Under the pieces are notes generated by a model, which ran no database searches, had not been told where the DNA came from, and worked only from the letters and a program-made list of their open reading frames with translations. The position numbers and the translations under genes were made by a program. A stretch of 64,000 bases of DNA from Schizosaccharomyces osmophilus (taxonomy: Eukaryota), in contig NC_079239.1 of assembly GCF_027921745.1 (NCBI RefSeq), positions 2,480,001 to 2,544,000 on the forward strand, written 5' to 3'. Shown here one piece after another: positions 34,895 to 47,239 of this stretch; the stretch's first letter is position 1; every line of letters starts with the position of its first letter.

Positions 34895-36601
34895 ATGGAT
34901 TTAGGACGCGTAAAATCTTCAAGCTCTGTTGACGAAGGGCAATTGTCCAACAATAAACAATCAAGCCATCAGAACCCATTTGAAACTCCTTTGGAATTCG
35001 AAGCAGTCGAAAAATCATCAAAAAAGTCGAGTGAAATTGCAAATGTTGATCAGGGAGTTATTAACCCCGAGCTTTCCTTATCCGGTCATCATGGCTTTAA
35101 TGATACGGTGGAATGTCAACCTGTAGGTAAACGTATCTGGGTCCTTGCCGCAGCTGCAGGTATTGGAGGACTTCTCTTCGGTTATGACACAGGTGTTATT
35201 TCTGGTGCTCTAGTCGTTATGGGAGATAGTTTAGGGAAAACCTTGACTGATGGGGATAAAGAATACATCACATCATCAACGTCACTAGGAGCCCTCATCG
35301 GTGGTATCACCGCCGGTGCGCTTGCTGACTTTCTAGGTAGAAGGCCAGTCATTGCTATAACTAGTGTTTTTGTCATCGTTGGCTCTATCGTGCAGGCCAC
35401 TGCTCATACTTTATGGCATATGATTGCTGGTCGTTTCATTATAGGTATTGGCGTCGGTGTAGCTTCTCTTATTGTACCTCTGTATCTTAGTGAACTAGCA
35501 CCATCCAAAATCCGTGGTCGCCTTGTGATTGTCTATGTATTTCTAATCACTCTCGGTCAGGTTATAGCGTATGGTATCGATACTGCATTTGAACATGTTA
35601 TTAATGGTTGGCGTTGGATGGTGGGCCTTGCTATTGTCCCAGCTTTTATTCAAGCGGTTATATTAGTCTGGCTTCCTGAGTCTCCTCGCCTTTTGATCAA
35701 AAAAGATAAAGCTAAAAAAGCCTTCAAGACCTTAGCAAGTATTTATCCAACAGCTCATCCATATGAGATTGAAACCAAACTTCATATTATTCAGGAAGGT
35801 GTCCGTGATCCTTTTACTGGTACTAGATTCCAGAAAGTTATGAAAACATTCAAAGAGCTTTACTTCGTACCTTCCAATTTTCGAGCTCTTGTCCTTGCTT
35901 GTGGCTTACAAGCATTACAACAGCTTTCTGGCTTTAACTCTCTCATGTACTTTTCAAGTACTATCTTCCAAACAGTTGGGTTTGACAATCCAACTGCAAC
36001 TGGTCTTATTATAGCTGGAACCAATTTTGTTTTTACCATTGCTGCTTTCACAGTGATTGATCGCTTTGGCCGTCGCATATTATTGTTAGTTACTCTTTTG
36101 GGCATGATCGGTGCACTCATTGTGTGTGCTGTCGCTTTTCATTTTTTACCAAAAGACGAAAATGGAAACATTAAGGCAGGACAGGGAAATCCATGGGCTA
36201 TTGTTGTTTTAATTTCTATGATTTTTTATGTTGCATCGTATGCTTCAGGTCTTGGTAATCTTCCTTGGCAACAGTCGGAATTATTTCCAATGTCTGTTCG
36301 TGGGTTAGGTACAGGTATGGCTACTGCTATAAATTGGGCAAGTAATCTGGCTATCGGAGCTACATTTTTGACTTTAATGAGGGAAATAACTCCTACAGGT
36401 ACGTTTGCATTATATGGTGGTCTTTGTGCTGGCGGCTGGGTTATGTCATATTTTTGCTATCCAGAATTTGCTGATTATACAATTGAAGAAATCGGTATTC
36501 TGCTGAAAGACGGATTTGGTGTTAAAGAAAGTATGGAGCATCTACGAAGAGTTCGCCAGGAACGTGCTTGGTCTCAGGAGGACGATCAATCGAAAGCCTA
36601 G
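34895..36601 (+). CDS. itr1: MFS myo-inositol transporter
   Basis: Sugar-porter motifs [32 protein letters not shown] and DRFGRR; synteny. Confidence 0.88.
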   Translation: MDLGRVKSSSSVDEGQLSNNKQSSHQNPFETPLEFEAVEKSSKKSSEIANVDQGVINPELSLSGHHGFNDTVECQPVGKRIWVLAAAAGIGGLLFGYDTGVISGALVVMGDSLGKTLTDGDKEYITSSTSLGALIGGITAGALADFLGRRPVIAITSVFVIVGSIVQATAHTLWHMIAGRFIIGIGVGVASLIVPLYLSELAPSKIRGRLVIVYVFLITLGQVIAYGIDTAFEHVINGWRWMVGLAIVPAFIQAVILVWLPESPRLLIKKDKAKKAFKTLASIYPTAHPYEIETKLHIIQEGVRDPFTGTRFQKVMKTFKELYFVPSNFRALVLACGLQALQQLSGFNSLMYFSSTIFQTVGFDNPTATGLIIAGTNFVFTIAAFTVIDRFGRRILLLVTLLGMIGALIVCAVAFHFLPKDENGNIKAGQGNPWAIVVLISMIFYVASYASGLGNLPWQQSELFPMSVRGLGTGMATAINWASNLAIGATFLTLMREITPTGTFALYGGLCAGGWVMSYFCYPEFADYTIEEIGILLKDGFGVKESMEHLRRVRQERAWSQEDDQSKA

Positions 36602-36870
36602 CTGTGCCAAATCTTGAAACATCTTTTATTTTTTCTCTGTGCCTTTGCAGTATCCTTTATCTTTTATTTTTTTTTTCGATCTCATATATACTAGATGTCT
36701 TTATATCCTTGATTTTTTTGTTATTTTCCGTTTCATGAAAGATGTGTTATGTTGTACTTTTTCATTGTTTACTAATATTTATATAAATATATAATAATGT
36801 TTAATTTAAAACCTCTGTTAGACAACATCCATCTTCATTATCGTATTTTAAAGGATATTTTTATCTATTG

Positions 36871-38303
36871 TTAGGTAGAATCTAATTCCTGAATGTAATT
36901 AGAAGGAAACAATCCAACAGGTCCAACTGTGGGTTCAACAACACGACCCTTCCACCAGCCGTCCTTTTGTCGATTCAGAACAATTAATATATCGCCCGAT
37001 CGCATACTGATTTCTGAGGAAAGTAGAGCCCTATAATTATACAATGCACGCACTAATTAAATGTTAATAGATACTGTTTTTTTAGAATATATTTACATAC
37101 CGTAACCAAAAATCGGAAATCCATCAGGCGTTATCAATGGATGCGTCGAAAAGTATTTCTCTATGCTGTCGTTCTCCGATAGAGCTGTGTTTGAGGGATG
37201 GGCTGCAGAAGAAGTTTGATATTTAGCTGAAGATTTCTTTTGCAGACTTTCAGGATGCATATTATTTAGAGGAGAGACATGGGAAGATGTCAGAGGTGAT
37301 TCCCAGCCATTGGAAGTAACCACTTGCGAAGGATTCATTCCTCCTTTTTGGGGAGAATAGGAAGAAGGTAATGCATGCTTCTTCGGTTCGTTCACGCGAA
37401 ATTCTCGTGGGTCTCTATCAATTGTATCTTTCAAGGACTCTGGCTGAGCATTATATACCGGTAAAGGTGCCTGCTTACCCTTACTTATATCAGAAGGCTC
37501 CTTTTTAGAGTTAAATGCTTTTAAATCATTTGAAATAAGAGGATTGAGGCGTAACATCGTCAATGCCTCGCTTAGTCGCGATGTCCGATTTTCTAGCTCA
37601 GCATACTCTAGGTAAGAGGGAGAAAGAGATCTTCTCAGCTCGGGTATAGGTTCAGAAAGATGTGTAGGAGATTCAGAAGAAGAAGATAATGATGACTGTT
37701 CGGGCTGTTGGCTAAATTCCGGATTAGTGTAGAGTATAAAATTCTCCATGCTGGCCAAGAGTACGTCAGTAGCTTCCTATAAATTAGCTTAAGCAGGTAT
37801 CAATTTCATACCATGGATAATATAGATGTTGAAGACCGTTTCACCGCACGATTTACATGCTCCTGTAATGGCTCAAAGACCTGAAGCTGAAAATAGCGGT
37901 ATGCTTCTAGATGCTCTTTATTGGAATTCATAATCTCAGTACTAACTCTTTTGTAGAAGTCTTTCAACGAAGAACTACTGTGGCTTCCTTTCAGAGATTT
38001 CGTCAGTCGAGCCAATTTTCCTGCATAGTCCTGTTCTACTACCATCCTAATTATGTTAGATTTATGCATTTAGACCTATAATGAAGTTACAGAACAAAAC
38101 CAATGTTTATAAATGGCAAAGTTGACTAGTGTCTTCTTTTAATTTCACGGATGTGTATACCATTTCCTCAAAGTTCAGAGACCTTACCTTTGTTTTACCA
38201 CATGGTTCCATTCCAATAGGTTTTCCACAGTAAACTCTCCATCATCCATTTCTTTGATTTCCAGTTCATTCATTAACACATTGGGAATCTGTCTAGTTGA
38301 CAT
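36871..38303 (-). CDS. sfp47: Multi-exon F-BAR-like/SH3 protein (exon boundaries only partly resolved)
   Basis: Last exon is an SH3 domain (ALYNY...GWWKG...GLFPSNY); N-terminal EQDYAGKLARL helix; ORF pieces separated by GT-AG introns; putative ATG at 38303. Confidence 0.65.
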
Positions 38304-38378
38304 TTCTTTATAACCATATCATTAAGTTTTCTATAAAAAAGCGATATATTATTTTCAAATAAGTGCTTAGCATCTAGT

Positions 38379-38452
38379 GGTCGCATGATGTAGTTGGTTA
38401 TCATGTCGATCTAATAAGTCGAATGTCGCCAGTTCGAGCCTGGCTGTGACCA
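38379..38452 (+). tRNA. tRNA-Ile(AAT)
   Basis: GGTCGCA...TGTGACCA acceptor stem, TCGAT-CT-AAT-AA-GTCGA anticodon arm, GTTCGAGCC B-box, TTTTT terminator. Confidence 0.95.
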
Positions 38453-38873
38453 TAGTTTTTGCTTTATTTTATTTTATTTTATTTTATTTTATTCTATGAA
38501 ATATTATTGCTTTCTGTAGGTAAAAATATATTAAAGTGATCAGTAGCTATTCTAATCCTTTCGATACAATTACTTGTAAAGATTGATCACGAAACAGCCA
38601 TTCTATAAGTAGCAAAGAAAGTACTTTTATACATATGAACTAAATGATAATACTTATACACTAGCCATTGATTTTTCTTTTAGAAAATAAATAATGCGAT
38701 TGACTATATTAGCATTAATTGACTGATCGAAATATAGTATGCATTGAAATGCTATTTTTAGAATACGAACCAAAACTGCAAAGTTTTCGATGAACGTGAT
38801 GCATAAACCTTCATGAGAAGTAACAAGTTATTAAATTACCATAAATAATAATAAAAAAATAGGCATCCGATTT

Positions 38874-41462
38874 TCATAAAAACTGTGCAGGGTTATGAAG
38901 TTTGGGAATACGGACAGTAAGTAGAGGAGCTATCATCTCCGTTTCTTCAATATCTTTTCGATTCAAAATAAAGGAATCAAATTCATGAACCACAAGTGCC
39001 CACTCCACTAAAGCTTGACTGGCGTACACCAATTTGCTAGCATGAATCTCACTTAACGGAGCTTTAGCGTAATGAGCAGAAGCATTATTACTATTATACA
39101 GTAAAATTTTGGATTGAGTTGGCAAGACTCCGTGAGAGGAGTGTTCTATAATCGTCGAAAAGTTTTCTCTATTATTTGTTGACCCACTTGTATCGGGAGG
39201 AGACGGTATGAATGTAAACCGATGGCGAGGCTTTTGTCTTTTCCTGTTTTGCATAACTTGCCTTAATAATAAGTTGTTTGTCATTGATGTCTGCTTTGAA
39301 AACTCGATGTCGGAATTATATCTGGACTTATTATTCACAAACGAACCAAAGACCTTCCTTAAGCCACTTGAGACAGTGTTTGAAATTGTCACCACATCAG
39401 TATATATATTGTCAATGATGTTTTCTTCGTTACGATCACCAGGGATTTCAAAGTCACCACTGTCATCACAATTATCCGAAGAGGGTTCAGAATTACAAAC
39501 AATGACCAAGCGTCGCAGTGGAAGGGGTGCAGAAGGCTTCGCTGTTGGAATTGTTTTTGAAGACCTCAAACAACCTTGAGTATAACACTTGTATCCAGAA
39601 TAACAATGCTTAAGCAATCTTTTTAAGCACAGAACGATTTCCGCTTTGAGTTCGGTTTCGCTTTCATCGTCGACCTTTAGTAGTCTCCAGCATAAAAACC
39701 GATGAAAATAAGCACGTACAAGGGAAAAATGATGCAGGAAGAGGTATTCAAACGTTTCTTGAACTAACAACCACCGAAAGCTGATTATTTTCTTATCTTC
39801 AAGGTCCAAGTACGGCCATATCGTATAGACAAACGTTATGCTCCTCACAATCGCCATGTGGTTTGATGTGCTGACTAACTTTTTCATTGCTTCAATCCAA
39901 AAAGAATATCTGGGTCGATGGGAATAATCAAAAAATATTTCAAACCAGCTTTCTGAGAGAGAGCAATACATAAAGGATGCTTGAAAATCATAAACGCGAA
40001 TAAACTGTCCAACGCCTTGAAGTGTACACTCTAACACATCTAACAGTCGCAACTGTTGCTGTCTGCAAGCTTTCACTGCTACAAAAAAACCTTTCACGTG
40101 ATCTGTAAGTTGCTGCAGCATAGCAATTGTAGTAGTAGTAACAGCGGGTTTCACTGCAAGTACCTCAGAAGGTGAATTAATTTCATTGTTTTTTGAAGTA
40201 GGAAATTCGAGAAATGCACCAGTCGTAGGACATTTTCGCTCTGATAAGTTTACAGTGGTTAAACAGATTTGAAGAAGATAGGCATGTAAATGAATGTATC
40301 CAGGGGAATAATAAATTATGTCAGAAGGAAGTTCAAAGGATAAGCTCTGTGCTAAATATGAATGATATTCCGCAAGAAATTCAAAAAATAACCCACCTTT
40401 TGGTACATGAAAACGATGGAACCAATTTTCAGCAAATTCAATCGGCTGCCGTCCGTAGCCAATAGTAAACTCCATATCTAATTTCTCTAATCTCGTTGCG
40501 AACATAACAGAGTATAAATGCTTAGGAAAGAGTGGCGCCATATATTTCTCGGGATGATTTGTTTCATTCCTGTTAAGCTTTGATGAAAAGTATTTGACGA
40601 ACTTTTTATCAATTTTGAGTGCTCTCAGAAAACGGTTTGCAAATTTTTCGAGTCTAAAAAAGGAAAGAACCAATATTTTGGCACAAAACTTTACCAAGGT
40701 GTGTGGTAGTACCTTTTGAGAAAGAAGATGTACTACAAAAGAAAGGGTATCAAACAAAATTAATTGATGTTCCATATTCAGTAGCTCGGAATTTTCAATC
40801 CCTTTCCAACATGAGTGCTCAGCAATGGTGACTATTGATTTGATATAAACAAACCTTTCAGATAGTGCTACTTGAGTTGTTTCCAACAGTCGAATAAGGA
40901 AAGACCACCAAGTATAGAGAATATGGCGCGTCTTATCCAATTCCGGTTCCGTAATGCATCGCACAGAGAGACCATTCAAATAGGAAAATAGAAATTCACT
41001 TAAAATTGTTCCTCTTTGAGCATCTGTACAGCTAACAAATGCAATGAATTGTTCAACTAGCGGAGATTTTTCTGGAGAACCATTCACTCCATACGGAATA
41101 TTTTTCTCAAAACTCTTCGATGTTCTAGAGGATTGACTTTCTAATGATTCACTGGAATGAGGAGACGGAGAACGAGACGACGAATACGAAGACGATGATG
41201 ACGATCCATTAGAAGCTTCACGAGAAGCATTAGAAAGAGATGCTAATGCACCTTTCGTAAAATCGTTAGAAGGAGAAGTGGCTTGATCCGATAAAGAAAG
41301 ATTGGGCTTTAGAGATTGGATATCTTCGAACGACTCAGACGGCGTAACCACGACAGAGGAAATTTCTGCCGGGGATTTTTCAGACTCTGCATGTGATGGC
41401 TTGCTGTTCGGAGGGCCCATAACAGTCATTAAAAGTTCATAGCGGCTATTTGTATCTGCCAT
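38874..41462 (-). CDS. Conserved fungal UPF0592/DUF1765 protein (Ahk1-like; syntenic with SPAC7D4.03c)
   Basis: 862 aa; Ser-rich N-terminus; motifs LFLHHFSLVRAYFHRFLCWRL and YASQALVEWALVVHEFDSF. Confidence 0.7.
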   Translation of the reverse strand: MADTNSRYELLMTVMGPPNSKPSHAESEKSPAEISSVVVTPSESFEDIQSLKPNLSLSDQATSPSNDFTKGALASLSNASREASNGSSSSSSYSSSRSPSPHSSESLESQSSRTSKSFEKNIPYGVNGSPEKSPLVEQFIAFVSCTDAQRGTILSEFLFSYLNGLSVRCITEPELDKTRHILYTWWSFLIRLLETTQVALSERFVYIKSIVTIAEHSCWKGIENSELLNMEHQLILFDTLSFVVHLLSQKVLPHTLVKFCAKILVLSFFRLEKFANRFLRALKIDKKFVKYFSSKLNRNETNHPEKYMAPLFPKHLYSVMFATRLEKLDMEFTIGYGRQPIEFAENWFHRFHVPKGGLFFEFLAEYHSYLAQSLSFELPSDIIYYSPGYIHLHAYLLQICLTTVNLSERKCPTTGAFLEFPTSKNNEINSPSEVLAVKPAVTTTTIAMLQQLTDHVKGFFVAVKACRQQQLRLLDVLECTLQGVGQFIRVYDFQASFMYCSLSESWFEIFFDYSHRPRYSFWIEAMKKLVSTSNHMAIVRSITFVYTIWPYLDLEDKKIISFRWLLVQETFEYLFLHHFSLVRAYFHRFLCWRLLKVDDESETELKAEIVLCLKRLLKHCYSGYKCYTQGCLRSSKTIPTAKPSAPLPLRRLVIVCNSEPSSDNCDDSGDFEIPGDRNEENIIDNIYTDVVTISNTVSSGLRKVFGSFVNNKSRYNSDIEFSKQTSMTNNLLLRQVMQNRKRQKPRHRFTFIPSPPDTSGSTNNRENFSTIIEHSSHGVLPTQSKILLYNSNNASAHYAKAPLSEIHASKLVYASQALVEWALVVHEFDSFILNRKDIEETEMIAPLLTVRIPKLHNPAQFL

Positions 41463-42273
41463 GAGAACGAACTCTAAAAGAAGGCCGAATGAAATCTAAT
41501 AAAAAAAGTAGAGTGTGAGTATAAAAAAAAAGATTTTAGAAAATCATGAGAAATTAAATAAATAGAAAATGGGGTTTCCTATCCAACGAAATGGATTTTT
41601 TTTTCAAAAAATGTGAGCAATTGCAAAAACCCGAATGAATCAAAATGTATGAGAAAGGAGAGTAAAACAGACAAATACAATCACCGTGCTGAACAACACC
41701 GAGCAATGCTAATGGAATTCCAGGGTTTTGGGATCAATGAGATGGGTATACAATGCGTCAAAAGAGACCGTCAAATATAAAAGAATGATGAAAAAAGAGT
41801 GATTGATTATTTTCTATTAATTAGCATACCAAAATAAAAAGTAGATGGGACGAAGGTGGGTATGTGGTAATTGAAAGAAACTTATCGGCTAAGCTGGTTT
41901 ATCTCATACAGCATTGTGCATACCAACAACACTAGTCAAACGTACATTCATACAATTCCTAATCATTAGGACCGAAAAGAAACATATATATACATATATA
42001 TATATCTTTAGTTACATATTTCTAAAAGAAGCTTTAAATAAAGGCTTACTTTCCTCTGTAATATAAGAGGGGGTATTGTTTGTACGACTAAATAAACTTA
42101 ACCTTTGCATACGCCTACCGGTAAGAAAACGGACTCGAATTGTGGATTCAGTTTGATTCTATTTTCGAATTCAATACAGAAATTTGCCATTAGCAAGGGG
42201 AAGTTATTTACATTGTGGAAAGTGAATGGTGGCATTGAATGGATGAGGTGAAAGTGAGCAAAAGGAGTGAACT

Positions 42274-45066
42274 ATGCGTTTTAAATTGAATGATTCTTTT
42301 TCTGGAAAGAGCTGGACAATCGAAAATGTTTACTGGACTCCGCAGGACTTGGTTGCTTGGATTATAAAGCTTGATATCGATCTAAGCGATGATGCGAAAT
42401 TGTTGCTTTCAAATGGCATGTCCTTGAATGAGACATTACTAAACGATGACAGTAACGTAGTGATTTACGTTCTTGACGAACACTTGCTCAAATTTAGTCT
42501 TCAAGACGATGTACCCTCTCTTCCCGGTCTTGAAGAGGCTAGTTTCGTTGACAGCTTACCTAATTTTGAGGATGAGAAAGAAAAATTTGTTTCTTTTGCA
42601 TGGAAAGAAAAGCTGTACGAACGTCGTCAGGAAATTGCTGATTTTATCCATGAATCAAATAAATTATATGAGGAACTGACACTTCATCATGATCAGATGA
42701 CCACTAGTCTGAGTGCTCCAAATGTAGCGATGAATTACTTGCAAAGGCGTCAGGCTGGTATGAAGGAGCTAATGGTTGTCTTTTATGAGCGATTAGAAAA
42801 GGTCTCTATTAATGAACTTCTCCATGACTTTTTGGCTATGCCAGTCGGTTCTTTGCCCATTAATACTCATAAACTTTTATCTCCAAACTGGGCCAAATTG
42901 GATGCTTGGTTGTCCTCAATCTCTTCTCGATATTCTGAAGCTCAAAAACGTGTTCAGCAATGTATAACGGCTACAAATACTATTGATATTTCCTCTCCAA
43001 AAGAGCATCCTTCCATGGAAGAAACCTATTCCTTATTTCAGGCTATCAGCAGTTTCTCTGAAACAATAAATTCCGATTTAATGGATATGTTGGAACACTG
43101 TTCAGAACTGACGAAGACCCCATCTTCCCTAGATAGTAGGCTTCAAGCTCATATTCACCACGTACAAAAACTGACGGCTCTGATAAATGACTTGCATGAT
43201 CACGCGTGCTCTTTTTTCGAATCTAGAAAATCATCCTTGATCACGTTAAAATCTTTTTGGCTTACTTTTTTTAAAGTTTCTGTCAAGTATGACGCCTTAT
43301 ACGAATATTTACGACATGTCGCTGAGGAATTAGACCGAAGTAAATTAATTATTTCTCAGTCTCAAAATATTTATTCTCTTTTTGCTGACATTTTAATGGA
43401 AGCTCTACGAAGAACTGAATGGCAAGCATCCTATAATGCAAACCACGGCAGTACCCTTCCCATAGATCAGGAGAAAGAGTCGAATACCCGAAAAGCCTGG
43501 CTGAGTCAATTCTCTAATTTCTTATTTAATTATGACCAGTTAAGGTATCTTCCTACAATTACACGAAGCGAACTGTCTTCCTTCCTAATCAGTCTTCGAG
43601 CTGAACCCAAATATCAAAATTTTTTGCATATTCTTAGCAATCGTCTTTCAGAGTCGCTCGGATTTCCTAATCCTTTCCAATGTGATGCCTTGCCTAGTAA
43701 TAATCAAGAAATTGCAACACTTCAAGAACGGTTAGCTATCTATCAAAACCGTTGTAATAATCTGGAAACTATATTGTTGCAACAACGAAATTCTCCAGTA
43801 ATTGCGAATGTAAATGGCGTAGCACAATCAAACGCACCTCGCGCAGAGGTAATGGATGATGGTTCGCAGCCATTCTATCGAACGTCCCCCACTATTGTTC
43901 CTATTAACGTTTTAAGAAAAATCTCTCAACGTAAGACGTCAGTTTCAGAGGGTCTTGCATCTAAATATCAAGCAGAAATAGAACAAGTTCGTCATGAATT
44001 AAATGAATCTCTAAAGAGAAATAATGGTCTTTCTGAAGAAATTCATTCTAAAGAGGAGCGTGTTCGTTTCTTGGAAACAGAGAATGAAGAACTCTTAGCC
44101 AAGTATAATGAAAAACCTTCTCGTACAGATGATTCTTCAAAAAACGATACATCGCAAAACGAAAACGGGGTTGTAAAGCTATCTCATGCTTTTGATGAAA
44201 AACAAAACTTAATTTCGTTATGCTCAGTTTTTGAAGGCAAGGTTTCGAAATTACAGGAGGTTTGCGATGTCTTCAAGGATGAAATAAATACGCTAAAACA
44301 GCAGGAAGAGTTTTCAGAAATGGCTAAAAACTCGCAACTGGTAAAGCAGCTTTTGGAAGAAAGAGATTTAGCAACTCAAAAACAAAAGAAAGTAGAAGAG
44401 GTTGCTGAATCCAGAACAGAGCAATGTAAGCTTTTAACTCAAAAGCTTTTTACTTTAGTTTTCCGCTGTCATGAACTTAGGACCGTTTTGCAGGAATGCA
44501 TTGAACAACCCGGCCAGGAAATGGATCGTGATGGTTTTTGTAATGGCTCTGAACGACAAATGCAATTCGGTTCCAAAGATTTACAATATTTGTATTGGAT
44601 GAACAGTGGTGATGTTGATCAATCCTTCCAGGAGTTTATAACTAGGATGGCGTCTTTAGACATTGACTCATTTCATGACTATGTGGTGAATGTTCTCAGT
44701 GAAGCTCACAATAACGAGCTCCGCTGGAAGCGTGAATTTCAGTCTAATCGAGATAAAGCGTTGAAAGCCATACTAGAATCTCAGACGAAAGTTTCTTTGC
44801 GGAATTTTAAGCAAGGAAGTTTGGCCTTGTTTTTACCGACTCGTCGTCATATGCAAGGCCAGCGTATCTGGGCTGCGTTTAATGTTAATGCTCCAAACTA
44901 CTATTTAAAAATTCAAAACAACTCAAAGATTAACGCTCGTGAATGGGTTGTTGGAAGAATAACAACGATTGAAGATCATGTTGCTGACGGAACAATCGAC
45001 AAATGGCTCAAGCTACCTATGGGTACTGTTTGGCATTATGTGGATGTCATTGATGAAAGACTTTGA
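42274..45066 (+). CDS. atg11: Autophagy scaffold Atg11 (Taf1)
   Basis: Coiled-coil body; C-terminal claw domain KVSLRNFKQGSLALFLPTR...WAAFNVNAPNYYL...EWVVGRI. Confidence 0.9.
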   Translation: MRFKLNDSFSGKSWTIENVYWTPQDLVAWIIKLDIDLSDDAKLLLSNGMSLNETLLNDDSNVVIYVLDEHLLKFSLQDDVPSLPGLEEASFVDSLPNFEDEKEKFVSFAWKEKLYERRQEIADFIHESNKLYEELTLHHDQMTTSLSAPNVAMNYLQRRQAGMKELMVVFYERLEKVSINELLHDFLAMPVGSLPINTHKLLSPNWAKLDAWLSSISSRYSEAQKRVQQCITATNTIDISSPKEHPSMEETYSLFQAISSFSETINSDLMDMLEHCSELTKTPSSLDSRLQAHIHHVQKLTALINDLHDHACSFFESRKSSLITLKSFWLTFFKVSVKYDALYEYLRHVAEELDRSKLIISQSQNIYSLFADILMEALRRTEWQASYNANHGSTLPIDQEKESNTRKAWLSQFSNFLFNYDQLRYLPTITRSELSSFLISLRAEPKYQNFLHILSNRLSESLGFPNPFQCDALPSNNQEIATLQERLAIYQNRCNNLETILLQQRNSPVIANVNGVAQSNAPRAEVMDDGSQPFYRTSPTIVPINVLRKISQRKTSVSEGLASKYQAEIEQVRHELNESLKRNNGLSEEIHSKEERVRFLETENEELLAKYNEKPSRTDDSSKNDTSQNENGVVKLSHAFDEKQNLISLCSVFEGKVSKLQEVCDVFKDEINTLKQQEEFSEMAKNSQLVKQLLEERDLATQKQKKVEEVAESRTEQCKLLTQKLFTLVFRCHELRTVLQECIEQPGQEMDRDGFCNGSERQMQFGSKDLQYLYWMNSGDVDQSFQEFITRMASLDIDSFHDYVVNVLSEAHNNELRWKREFQSNRDKALKAILESQTKVSLRNFKQGSLALFLPTRRHMQGQRIWAAFNVNAPNYYLKIQNNSKINAREWVVGRITTIEDHVADGTIDKWLKLPMGTVWHYVDVIDERL

Positions 45067-45416
45067 CAGAATTGTCTGAACAAATTATATTTATGAATTC
45101 GACTCAAGAATACAACACTCGTTATATCATCGTTTTAACGTTAATGTTCAATCAAAAATGAAAAATATTTTAATACAACGCTTATAATAAAAGACATAAA
45201 CTGGTTGATGTTTATACTAGTATCTCTCTATTTTATGCTGACTTCAACTTATAAGTTAATATATCACATGAATTTTAGCATCCCTAATAATATTCTAATT
45301 ACTGTAGAATTGCTATACAAACAGGTTGAGTGGAAGTATAAAGACAGCCTGGTACATGTAGAACCTACCATCCTCAGGTGAAGGTATTGGATCCCAAGCT
45401 TGAATACCGTTGCATT

Positions 45417-46251
45417 ATGAGGAAGCTGAAATTGATCACATTTGATGCATTTGGTACATTATTACAATTAGCAAAGCCCGTACCATTTACTTATTATGAA
45501 ACGGCCCAAAAATATGGAATCTCAGCGACCCTGGAGGAAATAAAGAAGAACAGCGATCGTGGTATGGTAGATTTTGAATAAAATAGCAATTGACTAAACA
45601 GGTTTTAGCTTTTGCAGAATTGAGTAAAACCCATAAAAACGGCGGGCTGAAAGATGTTCTGAATCCTCGTGAATGGTGGTTTGAGGTAATATATATTTAA
45701 TGAGACTAAGACATATCATATTGCATTCTGTTTTCGAAACCATGGATCAGAAGAGCGCTCACACATATATCTAGGTTATTAAGAGATCATTCCCGTGTCA
45801 AATTCCTAATACAATGGCAGAGGATCTGTGGAATCATTACTCTACGAAATCAGCTTATCGTATTCACCCGCTGTTTGAAGGCTTTTTGAGAAGAAACGCT
45901 CAAGAGAAGGGATACTCTATTGGCATTATCTCAAACACGGACGACCGTATTTATTCAGTGTTCAAAAGCTGTGGATTTGCTCATTTAATTGACGTTTATG
46001 CATTTTCTTATGACATTGGATGTCAGAAGCCGGAGAAAGGCATATTTGAATATGTCCGCAACAAGACCGGTGAATTAACTAGAGTAATTCCGGCCCCGAA
46101 GGAATGCCTTCACTTTGGAGATGATGTTTCAAAGGACGTTGAAGCTGCTAAAAATATAGGATGGCATGGAGAGTTTTGTGATATCTATACGAACTTTCCT
46201 AAGGTTATTCATGAAATAGAAAGCTCTTTTGGATCCGGATCCAAAGATTAA
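45417..46251 (+). CDS. HAD-superfamily hydrolase (HDHD3-like), 3 exons: 45417-45561, 45609-45685, 45775-46251
   Basis: Motif I TFDAFGTL, ISNTD, QKP and HFGDD...D; introns splice in frame (232 aa). Confidence 0.85.
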
Positions 46252-47239
46252 CGCTTTTTATGAAGGAAGAAGCATTCGTATTTGACGAATTGGCATGCAA
46301 TCGAACATGAATCAAGTCACTTTTTCACATACCCCAACACTTCATACAATCTGAGATGCTATTGTCTTTCCATTAGTGTTTTGTGTTTTAGATTCACAAA
46401 AAGACCATGTCTTGTGTCGTTTTGTGATGTTGCGACAGCTACAAGCATCCTGTAGGATTAACGCCATCCTAGCAACCTTGATATTTCAATGCACTAGAAT
46501 CTTATTGAACTTTATAATTCATTTTTAAACCATTTTTTTTGTAAACTATGCTGTGTATGAATTTGAAAAGTCAAGAGAGCATAGACTGCATGCGTGATCT
46601 TTGCTAAAGTGAAGGAACTAGCAGCAAACGATTACCCATTATTTAAAACAGGCTATCTTCATGGAATTCCAAAAAGGAACGTGCACATTTAAAGACACGC
46701 TTGAAAAACAGCAATATCCATTCATTTCCTCCTTGGTTCCTCTTTTGTTTACACTCATATAACGAGCATTTGCGCAATTCGGTTTCCTTTTAATGACACG
46801 CAGCGCAACAACTGTGACTTGTTTTACCTATTTAGATATATTACCAAAATATCCTGAATGATTCCGTACACCAACTAACAGATTTGAAACGGTGCTTTGA
46901 GTGGTACTAAATTTTTAAAAGTTGAGTTAGAGACTGCGAGGTTCATAAGGATTTATTACCAGTCAGTGTACTGTGAACAAAGAAGATCATCGAATGATTA
47001 AAGAAATGAATTTTAACAATCTGTCAATCCCCTGAGAAATTTCTTTGACGAAAAAATTCACAAATTATGACGATGCATTTCCTTTGTTAAAATTGTAAAT
47101 ATTAGAAATAATCAATAAATTAGTTGCATAGACATTTTTTTTAAGTGAACGATAAAGTAGGAAGACGAGAAGAAGCCATGGATCAGTTGTAGGAAACAAA
47201 CTTCAAAGTTTTCTCCATTCCAAGTCTGCCATATTGAAA

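Noticed and set aside
38463..38493. (TTTTA)n run after tRNA-Ile and A/T tracts beside tRNA-Lys
   Set aside because: Ordinary low-complexity sequence at Pol III terminators.
46252..47239. Additional small gene or LTR relic in the 1-kb gap between the HAD gene and alg3
   Set aside because: No convincing ORF and no match by eye to the cassette arms; compatible with convergent 3'UTRs.
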